A stretch of DNA of 20,733 nt. Origin: Macrostomum lignano. Its lineage: Eukaryota. The translations under genes were made by a program, and so were the position numbers. The DNA lies in the NCBI GenBank assembly GCA_002269645.1, contig NIVC01005220.1, forward strand, positions 1 through 20,733. Direction: 5' to 3'. Shown here piece by piece: positions 1 to 8,591 of the stretch; the stretch's first letter is position 1, and every line of letters begins with the position of its first letter. The notes under the pieces were generated by a model. It worked only from the letters and a program-made list of their open reading frames with translations, made no database searches and was not told the origin of the DNA.

Positions 1-296
1 AAAAACTGTTTTGTTGAGCATGGATTTCTACCCTAGAATCCTGTAATTATTTTTATTACGCTGAATTGTAGTTCACTTAAAACATACACACAAACAACGC
101 GTCAGTTTTAGTTTTTGGAATCATAGAGTTTTAATTAGACTTTGGAATATTTAATGACTTAGATCATAGCGATTCAAACTAAGCCCTCAATAATAAAATC
201 ACTGAAATTTGCAGAATATGACAACGATCACTTAGCTAAGCTACTTAGTACTTTTTGTACTTTTTTGTCTTGATCGCCTGTCTGTCTTAAAATTGC

Positions 297-336
297 CCAG
301 CGATTAAAATTCGCTGGAGCTGGAGTGGCGACACTG
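297..336. mobile_element. Possible right terminus of a DNA transposon that begins upstream of the window
   Basis: TGGCGACACTG (326-336; reverse complement CAGTGTCGCCA) resembles CAGTGTTGCCA-type TIRs. It is preceded by the hairpin CCAGCGA-N7-TCGCTGG (297-317). The partner end is not visible. Confidence 0.3.
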
Positions 337-415
337 CACCCGATTTAAAATTCAAATCAATTACGCTTCTTTATTCTAGAAATTCAATTTCTTCCAAAGT
401 CTCTAAAAGTCTCTT

Positions 416-1478
416 GATCTTCTACTCTCCTCTCCCCTCTACTCTACTCTCCCCCCTCTACTCTACTTTCCTCCCCTTCCCCTCTACTCTACTCTCCTCT
501 TCCCTCCCCCTCTACTCTACTCTTCTCTCTCCTCCTCCTCTACTCTCCTCTCCCCCCTCTACTCTACTCTCTCCTCCTCCTCTACTCTCCTCTCCCCCCT
601 CTACTTTACTCTCCTCTACCCTCTACTCTACTCTCCCCTCCCCCTCTACTCTACTGTCCTCTCCCCCCTTACTCGACTCTCCTCTCCCCTCCCTTCTACT
701 CGACTCTCCTCTCCCCTCCCCTCTACTCTACTCTCCTCTTCCCTCCCCCTCTACTCTACTCTTCTCTCCCCTCCTCCTCTACTCTACTCTCCTCTCCCCC
801 CTCTACTTTACTCTCCTCTACCCTCTACTCTACTCTCCCCTCCCCCTCTACTCTACTGTCCTCTCCCCCCCTCTACTCGACTCTCCTCTCCCCTCCCCTT
901 CTACTCGACTCTCCTCTTCCCTCCCCCTCTACTCTACTCTCCTCTTCCCTCCCCCTCTACTCTACTCTTCTCTCCCCTCCTCCTCTACTGTCCTCTCCTC
1001 TCCCCCCTCTACTTTACTCTCCTCTACCCTCTACTCTACTCTCCCCTCCCCCTCTACTCTACTGTCCTCTCCCCCCCTCTACTCGACTCTCCTCTCCCCT
1101 CCCCCTCTACTCTACTCTCCTCTTCCCTCCCCCTCTACTCTACTCTCCTCTTCCCTCCCCTTCTACTCTACTCTCCTCTTCCCTCCCCCTCTACTCTACT
1201 CTCCTCTTCCCTCCCCTCTACTCTACTCTCTTCTCCCCCTCTACCTTACTCTCCTCTACCCTCTACTCTACTCTCCTCTCCCCTCTACTCTCTGCTCTCT
1301 CCTCTCCTCTCCATCTCTACTCTACGTTTCTACTCTCCTCTCTTCACCTCTCCTTCCCCCCTCTACTCCTCTACTCTATTCTCCTCTCCTCTCCTCAGCT
1401 CACCTCTCTACTCTCTCCACACTTCTCCTCTCTACTTTCCCCTCCTTATCTTTCCTCTTCCTTCTCTCCTCTCTCCGT
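416..1478 (+). repeat. Degenerate polypyrimidine satellite (CTCTA/CTCCT/CTCCC pentamer mix) with about 200-230 bp higher-order period
   Basis: Almost purely C/T with A in CTCTA units. The marker CTAC(T/C)TTACTCTCCTCTACC recurs at 601, 803, 1009 and 1241. ORF 414..1523 is a by-product. Confidence 0.95.
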
Positions 1479-1966
1479 ACTCTGGCCCGAAGTCATGCGC
1501 TAAGTTGTCAATCTAGCCCTTGACGGCTTGAAGTAAAAATTTTGCCGACGTCTAAGTTAATGAACAAACAAACTGAAACAAGCAAGGATCTATAATGACA
1601 CTTACCTTCTGCGTTGACTCGAAAATAGACGCCTAAGTAGAAAGTGTAGAAAAAGTGAGAGTTGAATTAGAAAATTAGAAAGAAGTAAGAAAATTATTTA
1701 GTAAGAGAGCGTAGGAAGGAAACTGAGTTTCAGTTGCAAGTGTTTAGAGTTTAGACTGGAGACTGCAGACTGCAGAGTTAGAGTTCGACGAGCTTTCCAA
1801 CCGGTTCAAATCGGTTTATACTGGACAGATTGCTTTGTCTGCTTTCTGGGAATTTTCCACTCCCCATTTTCCATTACTGTTGTTTACGGAAAGTGGGGGA
1901 AAGAAACTCCGTGCACTTAGAGGACAAGTGAGTTCGCATCTCCTCATCCAATGGCAGCTCGCTATT

Positions 1967-4914
1967 CTCTTCGGTGGCAGAGGAATAGAATAGAATAGAA
2001 TAGAATAGAATAGAATAGAATAGAATAGAATAGAATAGAATACAATAGAATAGAATAGAATAGAATAGAATAGAATAGAATAGAATAGAATAGAATAGAA
2101 TAGAATAGAATACAATAGAATAGAATAGAATAGAATAGAATAGAATAGAATAGAATAGAATAGAATAGAATACAATAGAATAGAATAGAATAGAATAGAA
2201 TAGAATAGAATAGAATAGAATAGAATAGAATAGAATAGAATAGAATAGAATAGAATAGAATACAATAGAATAGAATATTCTTGGATACTGCACTGTCTAA
2301 GAAGAATTATTTATTCTTTTTTCTCTTTAGACTGTTATTTTTGGCTGCTAAGAAATTATTTTACCTCGCGTACTTCAGCCGCACTACTAAGTAGTGCAAA
2401 AAGGATATGAAAGGTAGAATCGTGTTTTATGCGCATAGCGAATGACTTTGCGACTGTCAATACACATTACTGGACTGGTCACCAGAGGAAATGTGCTATA
2501 GCAAATTATCTATGCAACAAACATACTGCGCGAGAACACACTGCCCTTCCATGGGGGCGCTGTATTTGGGAGTGCTGTCTTTGGGTGGCGCTTGATCTCG
2601 CCACACTGATTTTGGGCGAGATTCTTACCAGCCCTCTGAGATCCGCCCTCTCTCCCCGGATTCACCCAGCAGCGCAAGCCGGTGGTGGGCAGCAGGAGGC
2701 CATCGGGCTGCAGAGGCCCCAAACCGGAGCCCCACAGAAGCTGCTGCTCTTCGGTGGCAGAGGAATAGAATAGAATAGAATAGAATAGAATAGAATAGAA
2801 TAGAATAGAATAGAATAGAATAGAATAGAATAGAATAGAATACAATAGAATAGAATATTCTTGGATACTGCACTGTCTAAGAAGAATTATTTATTCTTTT
2901 TTCTCTTTAGACTGTTATTTTTGGCTGCTAAGAAATTATTTTACCTCGCGTACTTCAGCCGCACTACTAAGTAGTGCAAAAAGGATATGAAAGGTAGAAT
3001 CGTGTTTTATGCGCATAGCGAATGACTTTGCGACTGTCAATACACATTACTGGACTGGTCACCAGAGGAAATGTGCTATAGCAAATTATCTATGCAACAA
3101 ACATACTGCGCGAGAACACACTGCCCTTCCATGGGGGCGCTGTATTTGGGAGTGCTGTCTTTGGGTGGCGCTTGATCTCGCCACACTGATTTTGGGCGAG
3201 ATTCTTACCAGCCCTCTGAGATCCGCCCTCTCTCCCCGGATCACCCAGCAGCGCAAGCCGGTGGTGGGCAGCAGGAGGCCATCGGGCTGCAGAGGCCCCA
3301 AACCGGAGCCCCACAGAAGCTGCTGCTCTTCGGTGGCAGAGGAATAGAATAGAATAGAATAGAATAGAATAGAATAGAATAGAATAGAATAGAATAGAAT
3401 AGAATAGAATAGAATACAATAGAATAGAATATTCTTGGATACTGCACTGTCTAAGAAGAATTATTTATTCTTTTTTCTCTTTAGACTGTTATTTTTGGCT
3501 GCTAAGAAATTATTTTACCTCGCGTACTTCAGCCGCACTACTAAGTAGTGCAAAAAGGATATGAAAGGTAGAATCGTGTTTTATGCGCATAGCGAATGAC
3601 TTTGCGACTGTCAATACACATTACTGGACTGGTCACCAGAGGAAATGTGCTATAGCAAATTATCTATGCAACAAACATACTGCGCGAGAACACACTGCCC
3701 TTCCATGGGGGCGCTGTATTTGGGAGTGCTGTCTTTGGGTGGCGCTTGATCTCGCCACACTGATTTTGGGCGAGATTCTTACCAGCCCTCTGAGATCCGC
3801 CCTCTCTCCCCGGATTCACCCAGCAGCGCAAGCCGGTGGTGGGCAGCAGGAGGCCATCGGGCTGCAGAGGCCCCAAACCGGAGCCCCACAGAAGCTGCTG
3901 CTCTTCGGTGGCAGAGGAATAGAATAGAATAGAATAGAATAGAATAGAATAGAATAGAATAGAATAGAATAGAATAGAATAGAATACAATAGAATAGAAT
4001 ATTCTTGGATACTGCACTGTCTAAGAAGAATTATTTATTCTTTTTTCTCTTTAGACTGTTATTTTTGGCTGCTAAGAAATTATTTTACCTCGCGTACTTC
4101 AGCCGCACTACTAAGTAGTGCAAAAAGGATATGAAAGGTAGAATCGTGTTTTATGCGCATAGCGAATGACTTTGCGACTGTCAATACACATTACTGGACT
4201 GGTCACCAGAGGAAATGTGCTATAGCAAATTATCTATGCAACAAACATACTGCGCGAGAACACACTGCCCTTCCATGGGGGCGCTGTATTTGGGAGTGCT
4301 GTCTTTGGGTGGCGCTTGATCTCGCCACACTGATTTTGGGCGAGATTCTTACCAGCCCTCTGAGATCCGCCCTCTCTCCCCGGACTCACCCAGCAGCGCA
4401 AGCCGGTGGTGGGCAGCAGGAGGCCATCGGGCTGCAGAGGCCCCAAACCGGAGCCCCACAGAAGCTGCTGCTCTTCGGTGGCAGAGGAATAGAATAGAAT
4501 AGAATAGAATAGAATAGAATAGAATAGAATAGAATAGAATAGAATAGAATAGAATAGAATAGAATACAATAGAATAGAATATTCTTGGATACTGCACTGT
4601 CTAAGAAGAATTATTTATTCTTTTTTCTCTTTAGACTGTTATTTTTGGCTGCTAAGAAATTATTTTACCTCGCGTACTTCAGCCGCACTACTAAGTAGTG
4701 CAAAAAGGATATGAAAGGTAGAATCGTGTTTTATGCGCATAGCGAATGACTTTGCGACTGTCAATACACATTACTGGACTGGTCACCAGAGGAAATGTGC
4801 TATAGCAAATTATCTATGCAACAAACATACTGCGCGAGAACACACTGCCCTTCCATGGGGGCGCTGTATTTGGGAGTGCTGTCTTTGGGTGGCGCTTGAT
4901 CTCGCCACACTGAT
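1967..4914. repeat. Head-to-tail tandem array, 4 full units plus 1 partial (units start at 1967, 2747, 3326, 3901, 4471), each about 485 bp unique plus a (GAATA)n tract
   Basis: Units start CTCTTCGGTGGCAGAG and appear identical by eye except for microsatellite length and one site (CCGGA-TT/T/CT-CACC). The last unit stops at CCACACTGAT (4914). Confidence 0.97.
1983..2277 (+). repeat. (GAATA)59 microsatellite with CAATA interruptions
   Basis: 295 nt. Shorter copies lie at 2763-2857 (19 units), 3342-3431 (18), 3917-4001 (17) and 4487-4581 (19). Each has CAATA as the third-from-last unit. Confidence 0.98.
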
Positions 4915-5211
4915 CCATTGGCACTGGAGTTATCGCAGCTATTCTTAACAAAATAACTCAGGTTGAAAGAGATCTTGCAGAGTGGATCGCGAATAATATA
5001 TATTTGCTACTTTTCCTCTGCAGTGCTTGAGGCTCTAGCTTAATCAGCTTTCCAGATATTCAATGGCGGAGATTCCGAAAAATTCTAATGTATTCAAATG
5101 GGGGAATTCGGGAAAATCAATCAGGAATTGCCAAGCTGTAGTAATAAACTCAGATTTGAGATTCTACAGATCATTAGAGCGTGCCAGTCGGTGTCTTCCG
5201 CAGAATGAAGG

Positions 5212-5452
5212 TTCTTGGGTCAGGATAGGAGATTCTTGGGTGAGGCTATTCTTGGGTCAGCATGGAAGATTCTTGGGTCAGGATAGGAGATTCTTGGGTG
5301 AGGCTATTCTTGGGTCAGCATGGAAGATTATTGGGTCAGGATAGGAGATTCTTGGGTGAGGCTATTCTTGGGTCAGCATGGAAGATTCTTGGGTCAGGAT
5401 AGGAGATTCTTGGGTGAGGCTATTCTTGGGTCAGCATGGAAGATTCTTGGGT
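5212..5452. repeat. 58-bp minisatellite, 4 copies plus 9 nt, each unit built from three TTCTTGGGT sub-repeats
   Basis: Unit TTCTTGGGT-CAGGATAGGAGA-TTCTTGGGT-GAGGCTA-TTCTTGGGT-CAGCATGGAAGA starts at 5212, 5270, 5328 (one C>A change) and 5386. Confidence 0.96.
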
Positions 5453-5745
5453 ACTGACACTTCGATGACATGTTTTATCAGTTTGAAGAATACCTTGCAC
5501 GGCTTTAGACTCAGTTTTCGAGCTGGTATCTAAGCACAGTCTCATTCAAGCTGTAGTTAAGCCAGTATTATCTTCACTTCAGCAGCGCATACAACTTATC
5601 CGATTTCAGTGGCGTCCTGGTTCATTTTGCCCCTACTGAGCGGTGGAATCTCCATTGCCCTGTTCTACTTTATCCAGGTCTTCATCCTTATACTAAGGTG
5701 ATTATGTAAAGCTTTAAAAATGTTTACTTTTAATTTGTGATTGTG

Positions 5746-5887
5746 TGCACAAGCGCGCACTAGCAGAGGCGCACACTGGCAGAGGCGCGCACCGGCACAA
5801 GAGCGCAGCAGCACAAGAGCGCACTGGCAGAGGCGCGCACTTTTGACACGCTGTAGCATAAGCGCGCTGTCTGTCTGTCTGTCTGTC
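5746..5887. repeat. GC-rich short direct repeats (GCAC(A)CTGGCAGAGGCGC / GCACAAGAGCGC) followed by a (TGTC)5 microsatellite
   Basis: Three GCAGAGGCGC and two GCACAAGAGCGCA copies at 5750-5840, then TGTC x5 at 5868-5887. Confidence 0.8.
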
Positions 5888-6383
5888 AGACGGCATGTCT
5901 GAGAGAAACCCTACAAACTGAAACACACAGGGAAGGCAGAAACAAGTATTTGCAGAATGCGAGTAAAAACAGACGCCAGCCTATAAATTGGTCCATAAAA
6001 TATTTCTTTATATTGTTTGTCACAGATAAGACGCCCAAGCTAATTACAAAAAAACAGCCGCAAAAAAGATTAAGCTGAAAATTGTCTGCCCAACCAAATT
6101 TAAAAACTGTTAAAAGACCAACAATTAAAGTAATAAAGTTGAAGAGAAAAAATACAATAGTAGGCACTATCTACTGCTATAGGTAAAATTAAACGAGGCA
6201 CTGATAAGAAAACGATAAAAAATATTTTACGAGCGTACTACCAAAGCGAGAGAAAAGTGAGGGATGGAAAAATAACAGATAAAATTGAAAAAGTCCATAA
6301 ACAGACCGACACCGCAGATAATAGTTAAACAGCTACAACTAGCTACTTAAGGACAGTAGTGCAAGCGCATGCTAGTGCAGTTT

Positions 6384-7877
6384 TTAAATAATCGACGAAT
6401 TCAGCCGGAAATTCGGCTCCGAGTTCAGCTGCTGGTGACCAGACAGTGTGGCGTCGAATTCGCCCTCGTAATCTTCGTCATCGTTATCCACTTTGACATC
6501 AAGATCGAGGTCGTCCTCGGATTTCGGATCGGCGGAGGCCTGCAGGTTAGGGGTGGCGACCGAGTTTTTGAAAGGCCATTTGAGGACAGGGAGATGATGA
6601 TAAATGAGGTCATTCAAGGATGAGGAAATATATGCCATGAAAGGTCGATATTTAGGGACACGGACAGGGGTCATGTAGGACAAGACAAGGGGTTATTTAG
6701 GGACATGAGTATTGGTCATTTAAGGTCACAAACATCATGACGGTATCACATGTTTAGTTGCACGCATATAAAGTGGTGAGTCATACATTAACATGGGTTG
6801 ATAAAATTTCCCAGCTCACCGATCGATTATAGCCTAGCCGGGAGTCGGTCTCGCCGTCTCGACTATCGTCGTTGCCCCCAGCCAGCGATGCGGCTAAACA
6901 AGCGGCCACATCGAAGGCGGTTGTAGCGGCAGCAGCGTTAGCAGCAGTCCTACTACCCATAGTATTGCTGCCTAACACAGCAGCGCCGGTAGTATTCGCC
7001 AGTGGCAAATAAATTTTTCTAGCCACCACCGTCTGCTTCTGCTGCTGCTGCTGGCTGTCAGAGCCGGTCGCTCCCGATGCCGGGTATCGCCGACGGCCGG
7101 AACGGGCGCGCAGCTGCGGCTCCCCTGCACTCAGGCGTCTCTGCGCGAGAGATAAGAATAGGAAAGGGGTCAAATGAGGACAATAATTCTAAGCAGAGGT
7201 CATTTCAGGACAAAAATCAACCCTGGGGTCAGTTGAGGACAAAAGTCTACCCAGGGGTCATTTGAGGACAGAATCTATCTGGAGGTCATTTGAGGACAAA
7301 CTAATATACGTAAAGATCATTTGAGGGCAAACATCTACCGTGGGGTCATTGAAGACAGAGGTTATTTGGGGCAAAAAAAGTGCGCAGGGGTCAACTGTCC
7401 TTACCTGGCCAACAGTTGTGACGGCGGCGGCGGAGGCGGCGCACCACCCCGTCGGAACAAGGCGGCAGCGTCAGCGCCTTTGACAGTCGCCGATTGGCCC
7501 GCCTGGGTCGGCCGCCGAGATCGCCAAGACTGGGCGACATGGACGACGCCTGCTCCGTCGAAGACTGCTGCGGCAGAGTTGTTGTTAAAGAGTCGGTGGC
7601 CATCGACGCGGCAGCGGCGACGGCGGCTGCGGCCGTGGCGTCGAGTAGAGGCTGGTCCAAGACAACGGCTGCCGACAGCTGCTGGCGAGAGCAGACGGCT
7701 CGACTCGAAGGCTCTGCTGGCAGGCGCGGCAACAGCGGCGCCGAATGATGAAGCGCAGTTTAGCCGAACGATCGCGCTCCGCAAGGACCTGCAATTGCAG
7801 CTGCATGCGAAGATTGGTCAGGTCCATCTGGAGGTCGTCCACACGATGCAGGCGTTTCTCGTAGTGCTGCCGAATCT
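6384..7877 (-). pseudogene. 3' exons of a multi-exon gene (coiled-coil, Ala/Gln-rich low-complexity and acidic tail); first visible exon frame-disrupted
   Basis: Exons 7877-7405 (acceptor TTTCGCCCCCAG, donor GTAAGG), 7140-6820 (acceptor CTCTCGCGCAG, donor GTGAGC, phase 0/0, open) and 6539-6384 (acceptor CTAACCTGCAG, ASADPKSEDDLDLDVKVDNDDEDYEGEF...stop). The coiled-coil frame (IRQHYEKRLHRVDDLQMDLTNLRMQL) hits stops at 7587 and about 7471. No family recognised. Confidence 0.55.
7166..7392. repeat. Intronic 27-30 bp degenerate minisatellite with core GGGGTCA-NNN-GAGGACA
   Basis: Cores at about 7166, 7196, 7225, 7254, 7282, 7312 and 7342. The same family occurs at 6608-6730 and 7938-8096, i.e. 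in each intron or upstream flank of the 6384-7877 gene. Confidence 0.85.
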
Positions 7878-8231
7878 CTGGGGGCGAAAGAAATGACAAG
7901 AGACTGTTAGGCGGCAAACAAGGACACAGGACTTCTAGAGGTTAAAGGACACAAAAGGTCTCTTAGAGGTCGAATGAGAACACAGAACTATAAGGGTAAA
8001 ATGAGGACACAGGACTGTTAGGGGTCAAATGAGGACACGGGACTGTTGAGGGTCAATTGAGGACACGGAGCTGTTATGGGTCAAACTAGGACACGCGGGG
8101 ACTGTTGTTGTGATAAGTTTTTGCATCATGTAGCAAACAGACCATGGCACATTTGCACTAATGCACCATATCTAGACCAGCAGTATCTGAAATAGAAGCA
8201 AAAGCCATTTATAAGATAATATACATGTAGG

Positions 8232-8523
8232 TCAGTGAAGCAAATATCTAAAATTGTTAACAGAAGTATAAAAGAAAAATGAACAAGAAAAAATGGTGCT
8301 CAGTTAGCCGATTCTAAAAGTGAATCGTGGATCCCCTGAGCCACGAAGAGGCCGAACACCGTTCAGGGGGTTAATCCATAGTTCACTTTGCAGAGCAAAA
8401 CAAATTCCACAGCACAGTAAACAGTGCACAGCGGTCTTTTGCAGCATTGAACTAAGGATCAATCCCGCCACTAAGAGCGGGAAGCCACAGCAAGAAATGC
8501 AAAGCGGCCAGCTTTTTGAAAGC
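8232..8523 (-). repeat. 292-bp direct repeat, copy 1 (identical to 12212-12503), strongly structured
   Basis: Base-by-base comparison shows no difference at an offset of 3980. The copy begins 68 nt after the SET stop codon on the minus strand. Confidence 0.97.
8294..8512 (-). ncRNA. Candidate structured RNA or 3'UTR element, at least 7 consecutive hairpins ending GCACCA then T6
   Basis: Stems GCCGC/GTGGC, TCCCGCT/GGCGGGA, ATTGA/TCAAT, CCGC..GCAC/GTGC..GTGG, TTTGC/GCAAA, TGGAT..CCCCTGA/TCAGGGG..ATCCA and CGATTC/GAATCG. G-U pairs on the minus strand become A-C mismatches on the plus strand. I recognise no snRNA, 7SL or RNase P motifs. Confidence 0.45.
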
Positions 8524-8591
8524 CGATAAAATCTTATAGCGAACTCCCCATGCAACGGGGGCTGATGGTTTCAGAGAATAAACTTAGCCTT

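Noticed and set aside
414-1523. 369-aa Pro/Leu/Ser/Tyr ORF
   Set aside because: Translation of the CT-rich satellite, which lacks stop codons by composition.
2342-2402. HDV-like ribozyme (GGCTG...ACCTCGCGT...CAGCC plus hairpin) or hammerhead in the tandem unit
   Set aside because: P3 cannot form around the CCTCGC loop, the P1.1 GG is missing, and I found no CTGANGA...GAAA core on either strand.
1816-4597. YSILF-repeat ORFs and the repeated MRIANDF ORFs
   Set aside because: Products of (TTCTA)n and the tandem unit. No recognisable domain, and the frame differs in unit 2.
1967-4914. Tandem TRIM/LTR interpretation of the A-X-A array
   Set aside because: A lacks TG...CA ends, there is no TSD, and no PBS or PPT abuts the A/X boundaries.
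5212-5452. CRISPR-like repeat-spacer array
   Set aside because: The anchor is only 9 nt, the spacers are themselves repeated, the context is eukaryotic and there are no cas genes.
4915-5700. Decayed coding sequence around the 58-bp array
   Set aside because: Only short protein-like stretches with stops in all frames and no recognisable family.
8294-8512. Known snRNA, 7SL, RNase P/MRP or canonical tRNA
   Set aside because: No Sm site, CR-I/CR-V motifs, cloverleaf or proper A/B boxes could be matched. Only an Rfam search could exclude a divergent member.
8304-8555. ORFs 8304..8555, 8320..8529 and 12300..12506 within the 292-bp repeat
   Set aside because: Short, no domain, and the two copies diverge in frame context at the repeat boundary.
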